In this document: positions 39,153 through 48,493 of the stretch, piece by piece
How the letters are laid out: each line of letters starts with the position of its first letter
Numbering within the stretch: the stretch's first letter is position 1
Assembly (NCBI GenBank): GCA_029940035.1
Contig: JAOZRT010000002.1
Coordinates: forward strand, 1 to 63,804
Length of the DNA stretch: 63,804 nucleotides
From: Desulfobacterales bacterium
GTDB taxonomy: Bacteria > Desulfobacterota > Desulfobacteria > Desulfobacterales > B30-G6
Direction: 5' to 3'
Notes under the pieces: generated by a model
Seen by the model: only the letters and a program-made list of their open reading frames with translations
What the model was told of the DNA's origin: nothing
The model's database searches: none
Made by a program: the position numbers and the translations under genes

Positions 39153-40615
39153 GACAATGTCAACCTGCCTGATTTGTCTCGAAAATTCCGTGCTTTTTCA
39201 ATAAGAGCACCTGCCCAGGTGGTGGTGCCCAAGGCATGGATGTGGGTGTAGGTGGCCAGAACATTCTTATAACAAATGCCGTCTTTGCCATCCATCAAGC
39301 CAACGCCGCGCTGCATGTCGAAAGCGAGACAGCTTTTATCGCCTTTGAATTGAATGGCTTTGGAATAGTGGAATTCATGCCCTTTGATCTGCATCCCCAT
39401 TGGGTAAAAAGGATTCGGTGCGGTCACCTTGACAATCGTGTACCCATGCCCCTGGGGCTTGCGGTGAAAATCAAACTTGATGGGAAAAATATTGGCCATG
39501 GGATAGGTTTTCCCGCCTAAAATCAGCGACGTCCCCAGGTACATCAATCCACCGCACTCCGCGTAAATGGGCAACCCTTTTTCAGCCAGGGATTTGATCT
39601 TGTCGCGATATGTCCGGCAATCGGCAAGCTCCCGGGCGTGCGTTTCCGGAAACCCCCCGCCAATGTAAAGTGCGTCCACTTCGGGTAGCGTCTCATCTTT
39701 AAAGGGGCTGGTGAAGACCAGTTCAGCGCCGGCACACCTGAGCGCTTCCAGGTTCTCGGGATAGTAAAACTGAAACGCTGAATCCTGGATAATGCCTACT
39801 TTGGGCCTTTCTTCGGTCGCATCAACATCAGGTTTCTCGACTTTTTCCGCTGCGAGCTCAACGATGTGGTCGGCCTTTGGCCTTTCTTGCAGGCCGGACT
39901 CATCCTGGGCAATGTCCTGGATAGCACCCAGATCCAGGTAGGTTGATGCAATTTCAGCAATCGACTGGATGGATTCCTTGGCCCACTCGTGCTCGGGTGT
40001 GGGCACCAATCCCATGTGCCGTTCCGGAAAACTATGCTTCTTGAGTTTGGGCACGGCGCCCAGCACAGGAATGTTGCAGTAATGCTCGATGCAATCCTTC
40101 AGATTCTTCTGGTGCCGTTTCCCGGCTACCCGGTTCAGGATAACCCCTCGAATTTTCACTTCCGGATCGAAATGCATGCATCCCAGCACGACAGCTGCCA
40201 TGGTGCGCGTGGTTTTGGTCCCGTCGATGCACAGAATGACCGGCAGGTCCAGCCATTTGGCGAGTTCGGCCGAACTGGTTTTACTTTTGCGGTCAATACT
40301 ATCGTAAAGACCCCGGTTGCCTTCGATAACAGCCAGGTCTGTCTGTTGGGTAGACCGTTGAAATGAATCGAGAATAGTTGGTTTGTCGATCAGGTAGGTG
40401 TCCAGGTTGTAGCAAGGCCGGCCAGCCGCCAAACCAAGCCAGCCGGCATCGATATAGTCTGGACCTTTTTTAAAGGGAGCAATGGCTCTGCCGGCTTTTT
40501 TCAAGGCTGCTATAATGCCGACAGAAAAAATAGTCTTTCCCGACCCGCCGCGCAGGGCTGCGACAACAATACCGGGGGAAGCCTTTTTCCCTTGCCCTTT
40601 TTGATTGGGTTTCAA
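39149..40615 (-). CDS. dsrN: cobyrinate a,c-diamide synthase family amidase, DsrN by context (siroheme amidation)
   Basis: 488-aa ORF. It has a CbiA/CobB N-terminal ATPase P-loop (GSGKT) and a C-terminal GATase-1 domain with YAECGG. Its position just downstream of dsrABD fits DsrN. Confidence 0.8.
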   Translation of the reverse strand: MKPNQKGQGKKASPGIVVAALRGGSGKTIFSVGIIAALKKAGRAIAPFKKGPDYIDAGWLGLAAGRPCYNLDTYLIDKPTILDSFQRSTQQTDLAVIEGNRGLYDSIDRKSKTSSAELAKWLDLPVILCIDGTKTTRTMAAVVLGCMHFDPEVKIRGVILNRVAGKRHQKNLKDCIEHYCNIPVLGAVPKLKKHSFPERHMGLVPTPEHEWAKESIQSIAEIASTYLDLGAIQDIAQDESGLQERPKADHIVELAAEKVEKPDVDATEERPKVGIIQDSAFQFYYPENLEALRCAGAELVFTSPFKDETLPEVDALYIGGGFPETHARELADCRTYRDKIKSLAEKGLPIYAECGGLMYLGTSLILGGKTYPMANIFPIKFDFHRKPQGHGYTIVKVTAPNPFYPMGMQIKGHEFHYSKAIQFKGDKSCLAFDMQRGVGLMDGKDGICYKNVLATYTHIHALGTTTWAGALIEKARNFRDKSGRLTLS

Positions 40616-40658
40616 AATTTAAATTACAGGGAAAACAAGTTTTTACAATACACAATAA

Positions 40659-40898
40659 TTATTCTTCGTGCTCGGCGCCCGCCTGTTTTCCGGTTCCGCA
40701 CAGCCCATACATGGAGGTGCTGCCACTGGACCAGTACTCCAGCACACCCTCGACAACCATCTGGTTGACATACTTCTTGGCTGCTCGCGGCTTTTCACCA
40801 ATGAGTTTGGCCAGATCGTTAAAATAAAACTTGGACTTGTTTTTCAGCTTTTTTGTCAAACCGGCGACGACTAAATCTTTTGCCTCTTCGTAATCCAT
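40659..40898 (-). CDS. dsrD: dissimilatory sulfite reductase D
   Basis: 79-aa ORF immediately downstream of dsrB. It has the winged-helix K-rich signature (KSKFYFNDL.K......R..KK........G.L.YWSSGST.MYGL). Confidence 0.9.
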   Translation of the reverse strand: MDYEEAKDLVVAGLTKKLKNKSKFYFNDLAKLIGEKPRAAKKYVNQMVVEGVLEYWSSGSTSMYGLCGTGKQAGAEHEE

Positions 40899-40964
40899 CG
40901 GTTAACCCCTTTTTCTCTTAAATTCAATGGGGACTCAACCAAGAGTCCCCATTGATTTGCTGTA

Positions 40965-42110
40965 CTAGAACTTGAATTGTGATGTCTGACGCCAGGTAAA
41001 ATAAGCTGGATCACGGAAATCATCGATCAAATGATGGGTAAAGTCAATTTCACATTTTTCGAAAAATCGCTCCCATCCGATTCTTTCCGCCCAATCACCC
41101 AGACGCTCATACTTGTTGGCACCGGCGGAATAGGCCTCGACAATCCTTTTGATGGTAGCGGTTGTGGACGGCCAACGCGGTGCCTCATTGGGCAGGAAGG
41201 CCACGACCACCTTGGAGAACTTGGGTGCGGAGATCCGGTTGGAGACCTTGCCGCCGGCCATGATAACGATACCGTCGCCCACATCGTCCGCCAGGGGCAT
41301 GGAGGGGCACATGGTGTAGCAGTTGCCGCAGAACATACAGCGTTCATTCTTGACGGCCACACTGTTCAGTTTCTTACCATCGACCTCGACCTTGGACGGC
41401 TTGATGGCTGCCGTGGGGCAGGCGGCGATGGCCAGCGGAATTTCGCACATCTTGTCCAGATATTCGTGATCCAGAATGGGCGGCTTGCGGTGATACCCCA
41501 GAATGGCGATGTCGGAACAGTGGACCGCACCGCACATGTTCAGGCAGCATGCCAGGGAAACCCGCAACTGGGCCGGAAGCCTGTGGTCCTTGAAGTCATC
41601 GAACAGGACATCCATGGTGGCCTTGACCGGGCCGGATGCATCGGTGGCCGGTGTGTGGCAGTGGATCCAGCCCTGGGTATGAATGATGTTGGTCACGCCG
41701 GCACCGGTGCCGCCGACAGGGAACTTGAAGCTGCCACCGTCAAACTTGCGGCTTTCCAGATCCTGGATCAACGGATCGACCTTGTCCTTGCTGTCAACCA
41801 TGAACTCGATATTGTTTCGCGTGGTAAAACGCAGATATCCGTCACAGTGCTTGTCAGCAATCTCACAGATTTCACGAATGTGAGTGATACTCATGAGTCT
41901 ACATCCAGCGGCCCTCACTGTGTAGACTTCGTCACCTGACTCGGAAACATGGACCAAAACACCCGGCTTCAATATTTCATGGTACAGCCATTTACCCTTG
42001 TTATTTGCAATAACCGGAGGGTAAAATTCATCGTATTTTCTAGGCCCGATATCGGTGATCCGGTCTGTCATCGGTTTGTCCGGATTGTAACCTGAAGAAA
42101 TAAATGCCAT
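40965..42110 (-). CDS. dsrB: dissimilatory sulfite reductase beta subunit
   Basis: 381-aa ORF with the [13 protein letters not shown]-terminus and siroheme/[4Fe-4S] Cys clusters ([17 protein letters not shown]). It also carries the ferredoxin-domain insert [12 protein letters not shown]. Confidence 0.95.
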   Translation of the reverse strand: MAFISSGYNPDKPMTDRITDIGPRKYDEFYPPVIANNKGKWLYHEILKPGVLVHVSESGDEVYTVRAAGCRLMSITHIREICEIADKHCDGYLRFTTRNNIEFMVDSKDKVDPLIQDLESRKFDGGSFKFPVGGTGAGVTNIIHTQGWIHCHTPATDASGPVKATMDVLFDDFKDHRLPAQLRVSLACCLNMCGAVHCSDIAILGYHRKPPILDHEYLDKMCEIPLAIAACPTAAIKPSKVEVDGKKLNSVAVKNERCMFCGNCYTMCPSMPLADDVGDGIVIMAGGKVSNRISAPKFSKVVVAFLPNEAPRWPSTTATIKRIVEAYSAGANKYERLGDWAERIGWERFFEKCEIDFTHHLIDDFRDPAYFTWRQTSQFKF

Positions 42111-42122
42111 GATTTTAACCTC

Positions 42123-43439
42123 CTATCTTTGATGATATTTTCTGAATTCGTTAATGTCTCGTTCGAAACCACCCGGGACTTCATCCTCTTTCCAGAAAAT
42201 GTACGGATTTGTCCGTGGTTCTTGCACCATTCGTGGATCAGGATCAAAACCTGTCGCTTCAAGCAGTCTCTGAAAACCTTGCCGTTTCATAAGCTCTCCC
42301 AGACGCTCACGGTTCTTGCCTTCTTCCATCCACCAATCCCAGATAGGTTCTATGACCTTTTCTTTTATCTCATCATACGGCTCTTCGACTTTGATAAACG
42401 GAACAATAAGCGATCCCATTTGTGCGCCATCCAGAATGGGTGCCTTGGCACCGGCCAAAATGGAACACCCTCTGTCATTACCGATTCTAAGAGCTCGCGG
42501 CATGACATTGATGCAGTGCATACAACGGGTGCACTCCCTATTGTCGATCTTGAGCTCCTTGCCATCCATCCACATGCAGTTGGTAGGACAGAGACCGATG
42601 ACTTCCTTCTCAATATCAAAAGCACCCCAATCACGGCCGGAGTGGGCATTGGCATTGGGCATGATCTCGCCACCTATGTAGGCCTGTACAGCTTCCTGGT
42701 CGATGCGGATATCGTCCCGCCAGGTGCCGATAAACGACAGATCGGCACGCGCAATTGATGCCACACAGCAGTTGGGGCAGCCGTCGAACTTGAATTTGAA
42801 CTTATAGGGAAAAGCCGGACGATGGAGTTCGTCCTGGTACTCATTGGTCAGGTCATGACACAATGCCTGGGTATCAAAGCAAGCGTATTCACAACGGGCC
42901 TGGCCGATACAGTCGGACGGGGTTCTCAGGTTGGAGCCCGATCCACCCAGATCTTGATTCAAATTATGGGTCAGTTCATAAAAAACCTCTTCCAGTTGAG
43001 GCGTGGTCGTTCCCAGAAATATAATATCACCAGTGGATCCGTGCATATTGGTGACACCACTGCCCCGCCGTTCCCACAATTCACAGATGCTTTCCAAATA
43101 TTTGGTTGTGTAGAATTTCCCTGCCGGCTGACTTACCCGCATGGTGTGAAAATGCGCAACACCCGGAAACTTTTCAGGCTGGTCGCAGTAACGGCCGATG
43201 ACACCGCCGCCGTAACCGAACACGCCCACGATACCGCCGTGTTTCCAGTGGGTTCTACCATGCTCATAGGAGAGCTCCATTATCCCGATAAGGTCTTCAA
43301 CCACATCCTGGGGAATCTGGTACTCTATGTTGTTTTCATTCTTTGCCCTTGATGCGGCTTCTTGTTTCAGATCGGACACGAAACTTGGCCATGGACCAGT
43401 CTCTAACTGGTCCAACATAGGGGTTTCATGCTTTGCCAT
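42123..43439 (-). CDS. dsrA: dissimilatory sulfite reductase alpha subunit
   Basis: 438-aa ORF with the N-terminus MAKHETPMLDQLETGPWPSFVSDLKQEA, Cys clusters, and a ferredoxin insert (CTRCMHCINVMP). It lies directly upstream of dsrB. Confidence 0.95.
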   Translation of the reverse strand: MAKHETPMLDQLETGPWPSFVSDLKQEAASRAKNENNIEYQIPQDVVEDLIGIMELSYEHGRTHWKHGGIVGVFGYGGGVIGRYCDQPEKFPGVAHFHTMRVSQPAGKFYTTKYLESICELWERRGSGVTNMHGSTGDIIFLGTTTPQLEEVFYELTHNLNQDLGGSGSNLRTPSDCIGQARCEYACFDTQALCHDLTNEYQDELHRPAFPYKFKFKFDGCPNCCVASIARADLSFIGTWRDDIRIDQEAVQAYIGGEIMPNANAHSGRDWGAFDIEKEVIGLCPTNCMWMDGKELKIDNRECTRCMHCINVMPRALRIGNDRGCSILAGAKAPILDGAQMGSLIVPFIKVEEPYDEIKEKVIEPIWDWWMEEGKNRERLGELMKRQGFQRLLEATGFDPDPRMVQEPRTNPYIFWKEDEVPGGFERDINEFRKYHQR

Positions 43440-43741
43440 GTTTTTACCTCCATTCTAGTTTATAATTAACCTGCCTAAATCCAATATACCCCTTGAGGGT
43501 TGTTGTTCTGTCACCTCCTCTCGACTTTTTTATATATTGTCTGTAAATAAACCTACACTTAGCACCTACTTTACAATCAAGGGGCAGATATAAAATTAAT
43601 ATTTATCCTTGTCAATAAAAAACCATGGTTTCATGTGGTTAAACAACGGTTAAATCGGGGAGTGGCTCGGTGTCTCTATAGGGGAGGGTACTGCCGGTCG
43701 ATCACACACTATGTTGTATATATTGCGCTATCAGACAGACG

Positions 43742-44869
43742 TTAAATCAGGGTTCGGATCTGGCGAAAAAAGGCATCGGCGTGCCTTTGAAGATGCGGCT
43801 GAATAACCGGTAAATCCGGGGAGCCCGACGGCAGGTTTTCCCCTATGGAAACAAACAAAGCCCGCATCTCTGCAGCGGTTATTTCTGTCAGAAAGGACTT
43901 GAAGTATTCGCTGAACCCCATGGGGATGCGTTCATTTTTTTGTTGGAACGCCAACCCGCTGAAAAAGCCTTCCAGGCTGCCGGCGACGATGAAATCATCG
44001 ATCCAGCATAAGTCCTTGACACCATCCAGCCGGTCCAGACGCATGTGAATCGACATGTTCAGCAGGAACAGCAGCAGGCCGTTCAATACCGCCTCGGCGT
44101 TGTTTTCCACCACGTTGAGCAGGGGGGCATATCGACGCACCGTCACCAGCTTTACATATGGCGTCCCCTGTTCATCAAGATTGACCACAAAATCACCGGC
44201 CGCATGGTGCCAGGCAGAAATCTGCTCAAATGTCTGGATATCATAGCAGGCGGTCAGGATCATGGCCGCTTGTTCATAAATTGAACGACCTTGATCCGTG
44301 GTCATGAAAACACGGTTATTGGCAGAATCCCAGACCCTTATATGTCTCGAATTGTCTTTCTTTATGTCCGACACATGAAATTCGTGGTAGGCGCTGAACC
44401 ACTCTCCCATGAACATGCTGACGGTTCTGGATAGGTCCACCGCTATCTCCCGGCAGGCGTAAACTTTGGGCAGAAAAGAATACCCGTACTTTTTCTCCAG
44501 CATTTTCAGTGTTTCGTATTCATTTTCCAGATATTCCCTGCCGGTTTTCGAAAAAGCCACATTGAGCACATATTCATCCATGCGACTTCCCCTGGAAACG
44601 GTTATCCGGCTAGGGTGATAGAACGCGCCGTGTTTTTCAAGGTATACGGAAACGTTGTCAGGGGATGGACCTTTGACATTGCTGATGTATTCCGGGCAGG
44701 TATGAATAAAGGCTTCTACGGCGGAAAAGTACTCCCCGTAAGTCAGAACCTTCTTTGTTAAACCATCATCAAGCAACGGACCGCCCTGCCGGGAAACAGG
44801 CAGGGGCTTTTTCCACAGCTCACGGTTCCTGTCTGCGGGATTGTCCTGATTAGATACATAGAATCGCAT
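43742..44869 (-). CDS. hypothetical protein (possible kinase-like fold)
   Basis: 375-aa ORF with normal codon usage and no recognised family. A WHHAAGDFVVN segment faintly resembles the catalytic HxDxxxxN loop of aminoglycoside-phosphotransferase/kinase-like proteins. Confidence 0.55.
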   Translation of the reverse strand: MRFYVSNQDNPADRNRELWKKPLPVSRQGGPLLDDGLTKKVLTYGEYFSAVEAFIHTCPEYISNVKGPSPDNVSVYLEKHGAFYHPSRITVSRGSRMDEYVLNVAFSKTGREYLENEYETLKMLEKKYGYSFLPKVYACREIAVDLSRTVSMFMGEWFSAYHEFHVSDIKKDNSRHIRVWDSANNRVFMTTDQGRSIYEQAAMILTACYDIQTFEQISAWHHAAGDFVVNLDEQGTPYVKLVTVRRYAPLLNVVENNAEAVLNGLLLFLLNMSIHMRLDRLDGVKDLCWIDDFIVAGSLEGFFSGLAFQQKNERIPMGFSEYFKSFLTEITAAEMRALFVSIGENLPSGSPDLPVIQPHLQRHADAFFRQIRTLI

Positions 44870-44961
44870 CGCGATTTCAGCGTGGCCCTTTTATGGGCCC
44901 AAAGAAACGACGGCAGCAAGAAAAAAATCTTTGTGTTCTTCGTGTCTTTGAGGTTTCGAGG

Positions 44962-45582
44962 TTATCGATGTGCCTCCAGCTCCTCCAGAATTTCGGATGC
45001 CACATCATAACCCATCTCAACGGCCTTATCGGCATTGTCGATGGCCAGCGCGAATTCACCTTTTTCCATATAAGCGATGGCCAGATTATTGTAGGCTACC
45101 GGAAAGGAGGGCTCCAGTTCGATTACCTTCAGGCTGGTTTCGATACTCTCCTCAACCATTCCTTTCATGATATACGCATTGGCAAGGGTTGTGTAAGCCT
45201 GGAGAAAACTGGGGTTCCAACGGATGGCTTTTTCAAGCGCCCAGATCGCCTCATCGATATTACCCAGCTGAAGTTGGGCAAATCCGATATTCCCATATCC
45301 TTCTGAGAATCCAGCCCTGGATTTTACCGCCATCTGATTATATTGCAGACAACCCTCAAGGTCCCCCCTATTGAGGCAGATGCCACCAAGCTGAACATAT
45401 GCTTCAGCAAGCGTTGGACTGTTTTCAAGAGCATCCTGAAATGAGCCCTCGGCTTCACTATATTTTTTTTGTCCCAACAAAGCCACGCCCAAATTGTAAT
45501 GGGTTACACCGCATTCTGGATTGCTGGTCAACGCGGCACGCTGTGTGGCGATATACTCTTCTACATTTTTTGCTTTTTCCAT
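44962..45582 (-). CDS. tetratricopeptide repeat protein
   Basis: It contains about six tandem 34-aa TPR units (e.g. AEAYVQLGGICLNRGDLEGCLQYNQMAV, AYNNLAIAYMEKGEFALAIDNADKAV). I prefer the ATG at 45582 over the TTG at 45618. Confidence 0.8.
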   Translation of the reverse strand: MEKAKNVEEYIATQRAALTSNPECGVTHYNLGVALLGQKKYSEAEGSFQDALENSPTLAEAYVQLGGICLNRGDLEGCLQYNQMAVKSRAGFSEGYGNIGFAQLQLGNIDEAIWALEKAIRWNPSFLQAYTTLANAYIMKGMVEESIETSLKVIELEPSFPVAYNNLAIAYMEKGEFALAIDNADKAVEMGYDVASEILEELEAHR

Positions 45583-45876
45583 TTTCCTGTCCTTAATTAC
45601 AGAAGGGCCTTTTATCAATTAATAACGATTTGGTTCTGGTGTGCCGTGGCAAGCACCATCTTTACTAAAATGCATTCATAACTATTAGGCACGTGTGCTC
45701 CCGAATGGAACCTTTTCTAAAATGTTAAAACTAGTACGGTCACTATCGATTGTCAAGGATAATTTCCTTCGTCATGCTTTCGCAAAAAAGTTTAAAACAA
45801 CTGTTTTATGAATGCATCGCTTTCTTTATCTTAAAAAAGCGTATCATTCCAAAAAACCGATGTGGTGATAAGTTGC

Positions 45877-45904
45877 TTGACAAAAAATAAATTTTTTTTA
45901 TAAA
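45877..45904 (+). promoter_or_regulatory. putative sigma70-type promoter
   Basis: The -35 is TTGACA (45877-45882), followed by a 16-nt AT-rich spacer and a -10 of TATAAA (45899-45904). It lies about 130 nt upstream of the small ORF and dapA pair. Confidence 0.45.
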
Positions 45905-46035
45905 ATCTATCAAAATATTCAACGTATATTGGGCCAAACAAAATCCTCCGGCAGGGCCGGTAGGATGAGGAAAGCCTTTAAAATTGCCTCACGCTACTTA
46001 TGGTCGCTAATTGGCATTCAAAAGGAGGAATGATT

Positions 46036-46368
46036 ATGTCGGACTGTTATATCAATGTATTTCTGGATGAAGAAAAATTAAATAAAATTAAAGAAATCGG
46101 TTTGGCCGATGAGGTAAAAGACATAGATGGCAAAAAAGCAATACAGGTCCTAATGACCAAAAAAGATAAAAAGAAACTTAAAAAGGGTTTCAAAGACTTA
46201 ACCTTTGATGATTCCGATACTTGTGTCCTTCCCGAAGATGGGGAACAAACATTGTTGGATATCATTCTGGAAATGAAGTCCGTCGATGTCATGAAATTTG
46301 CCATAACCAAGCTGTACAATCCGCTTGCGGGCAGAGATGTGTTTGGAAGAGGAACGGGAATGCGTTAA
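46036..46368 (+). CDS. hypothetical protein (110 aa, Lys/Asp-rich)
   Basis: A strong RBS (AAAGGAGG) sits 7 nt upstream of the ATG at 46036. The gene ends 6 nt before the dapA-family start. No family is recognised. Confidence 0.55.
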   Translation: MSDCYINVFLDEEKLNKIKEIGLADEVKDIDGKKAIQVLMTKKDKKKLKKGFKDLTFDDSDTCVLPEDGEQTLLDIILEMKSVDVMKFAITKLYNPLAGRDVFGRGTGMR

Positions 46369-46374
46369 AAAGGA

Positions 46375-47421
46375 ATGATCATGAAACCAGGATGTTACAC
46401 CGCCATCATTACGCCTTTTCAGCAAGGCGGTGCGGGCGTCGATTACGATGCCCTGGCCCAACTTGTTGATTTTCAAATAGAAAACGGGATCCGTGGTGTG
46501 CTTGCCGCGGGAACCACCGGGGAAAGCCCCACCCTGGCCTGGAAGGAGCACAACCAGGTCACCGAAAAAGTGCTTGAACGGACAAAAGGCCGCTGCATAG
46601 GCATTGCCGGAACCGGCAGCAACAATACCGCCGAGTGCCTGTCAGCCACGGAGCACGCGGTCAAGGCGGGTGCGGATGCCGTGCTGCTGGTGGACCCGTA
46701 TTACAATGGACCCAGCTCCCTTGAAATTCGAAAAGAATATGTGGCACCCGTTGCCAGGCAGTTCCCGGACACGACCATAATCCCGTATGTGATTCCGGGC
46801 CGTACCGGTGCCCAGCTTTTTCCGGAAGACCTGGCCCTGCTGTTCAAGGAGTTCGGCAATGTGAACACGGTCAAAGAAGCCACCGGTAACCTTGACAATA
46901 TGAGACGCACCCGCGAATGCTGCGGGCCAGATTACATGATCCTGTCCGGCGATGACGGCATCACCTTTGACATGATGACCGATGGCGGCATCACCGCCGC
47001 CGGCGTAATATCCGTTGTCACCAATGTTGCCCCCAAGGCGGTAGCCGACATGGTGCAGCTGCTGCACGACGGTAACCTGGCCGAAGCAAAGCAACTGAAG
47101 GATGCCCTGGATCCGCTTTTTGGGCTGGTAACGGTAACCACCAAGGAGACGACTCCCTACGGGGAGGTGGTCTGCCGCGCCAGAAATCCCCTGGCCGTTA
47201 AAACGTTGATGACAATCCTGGGCATGCCGTCCGGCGGCTGCCGCCAGCCCCTCGGAAAAATGTCTGCAAACGGCTTGAGCAAGGTTCTGGATACCGCCCG
47301 CACGATTCAGGAACGCAACCCGGAAATCCTGGCCCCTGTAGCGGACTTTTTCAATGTGGATGTCGAAGAACGGCTCAACAGTGCCGCCTATCAGGAAGGG
47401 CTCTGCTATAACGCTTACTAA
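46375..47421 (+). CDS. dapA: 4-hydroxy-tetrahydrodipicolinate synthase family (DapA/NAL-type aldolase), long form
   Basis: It has the GTTGES motif (AAGTTGESPTL), Y.NGPS, and the Schiff-base lysine block NTVKEATGN. At 348 aa it has a C-terminal extension of about 50 aa relative to typical DapA. Confidence 0.75.
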   Translation: MIMKPGCYTAIITPFQQGGAGVDYDALAQLVDFQIENGIRGVLAAGTTGESPTLAWKEHNQVTEKVLERTKGRCIGIAGTGSNNTAECLSATEHAVKAGADAVLLVDPYYNGPSSLEIRKEYVAPVARQFPDTTIIPYVIPGRTGAQLFPEDLALLFKEFGNVNTVKEATGNLDNMRRTRECCGPDYMILSGDDGITFDMMTDGGITAAGVISVVTNVAPKAVADMVQLLHDGNLAEAKQLKDALDPLFGLVTVTTKETTPYGEVVCRARNPLAVKTLMTILGMPSGGCRQPLGKMSANGLSKVLDTARTIQERNPEILAPVADFFNVDVEERLNSAAYQEGLCYNAY

Positions 47422-47422
47422 A

Positions 47423-47462
47423 GATAAAATATGCCCGCCTTCAAAGGCGGGCATATTTTATC
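47423..47462. terminator. bidirectional intrinsic terminator (18-bp perfect palindrome)
   Basis: The sequence is gataaaatatgcccgcct-tcaa-aggcgggcatattttatc. It sits between the convergent dapA-family and cysteine-cluster genes and overlaps the latter's stop codon. Confidence 0.8.
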
Positions 47463-48276
47463 TTCGCGCCTGATCTTCCGGCGGCGTCTCTTTGAAAAAA
47501 ATATCTTTAAGCCAGTTAATGCCAAAATTGAGCAATTCGATGTCGTCGTGTTTAATTTTTTCCTGAATTTGCGGGGTAACGGCAAAGCGCTCCAGAAAGG
47601 TGCTCTCGAACACGAACTGCCTGAACTTGTCGATATTGTAGCTCACCATGAAAAACATCTCTTTGGCTTTGTCGGTCAGTTTGATGTTGGGCGGAAAGGA
47701 ACGCTTTCTGACCACCAGGTCCGTCCAGCTACGGTTGATGTCATCGTGGATATCCACACCCTGGTCCCTGCGCCATTCCGTGACGGTCCACTCCCGCTCC
47801 TCTTCGAAGCCCAGGCAGTGGGGCTCATTCACAAAAAAATAAAAGCCCTCATCGTCAGCGCCTTCCTTGTGGCTCAGGGTCGCCACGCCCAATGGATAAT
47901 AGCGGCAGGTCGTCGGCCGGTCCTCGTACAGAAAGCAGCCGTCTTCTCTCAAGAAGGGGCACGCTTCCTTTTCATCATCAACCATTTTCAGGGTTACCAC
48001 CGGCAGATCGGTTTTCTCGAGAAGATGCGGTTCCGTGTATATGGCCAGAAACTCTTCCGACGTTAACTGCAGCCGTTTCTTAAGCCGTATCATGTCGTAA
48101 GGCGTCAGGGTTATGCGTATGCCGCTGCAGCATTTTGTGAAACACTTCACCCCTTTGTGGCACTCGAATTTGAATTTGCTGTTGGGGCCGAGTCGAACCG
48201 GTTCGATGTTGGCCATTTTATCCATGGGTTCCATATGTATTCCTTTCGGCTTGAATTGAGTGCTCAAATGGAACAA
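47458..48276 (-). CDS. YkgJ-like cysteine-cluster (putative Zn/Fe-chelating) protein
   Basis: 272-aa ORF with an N-terminal F.C.....C...CC motif (FECHKGVKCFTKCC) and a second Cys pair (CPFL..DGC), as in the UPF0153/YkgJ family. Confidence 0.6.
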   Translation of the reverse strand: MFHLSTQFKPKGIHMEPMDKMANIEPVRLGPNSKFKFECHKGVKCFTKCCSGIRITLTPYDMIRLKKRLQLTSEEFLAIYTEPHLLEKTDLPVVTLKMVDDEKEACPFLREDGCFLYEDRPTTCRYYPLGVATLSHKEGADDEGFYFFVNEPHCLGFEEEREWTVTEWRRDQGVDIHDDINRSWTDLVVRKRSFPPNIKLTDKAKEMFFMVSYNIDKFRQFVFESTFLERFAVTPQIQEKIKHDDIELLNFGINWLKDIFFKETPPEDQARR

Positions 48277-48493
48277 AAATCCCGCTCCACCATCTCATTA
48301 ATCTTTCAAACATATTCATCGCTCATACAAAATTCAACCACTCAATTACGTTCAATTAACTTTTTTGCCTTATTATTGACATTTGATTGGATCGGATTAA
48401 GGTTTTACCTTTCTAAACCCTTGCGCGGTATGGTACCATCCGCTGAATCAACCCCGCACGGTTAAACGAAACCTATTTCTACAATTTGTATTT

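Noticed and set aside
41031-41939. Long antisense ORFs lie opposite well-supported genes. The example here is 302 aa opposite dsrB. Others are 15866-16747, 20525-21388, 31918-32727, 35211-36116, 46642-47454 and 56996-57877.
   Set aside because: Each lies fully inside a confidently assigned gene on the other strand. They have skewed composition, no motifs and no RBS, so I treat them as shadow ORFs.
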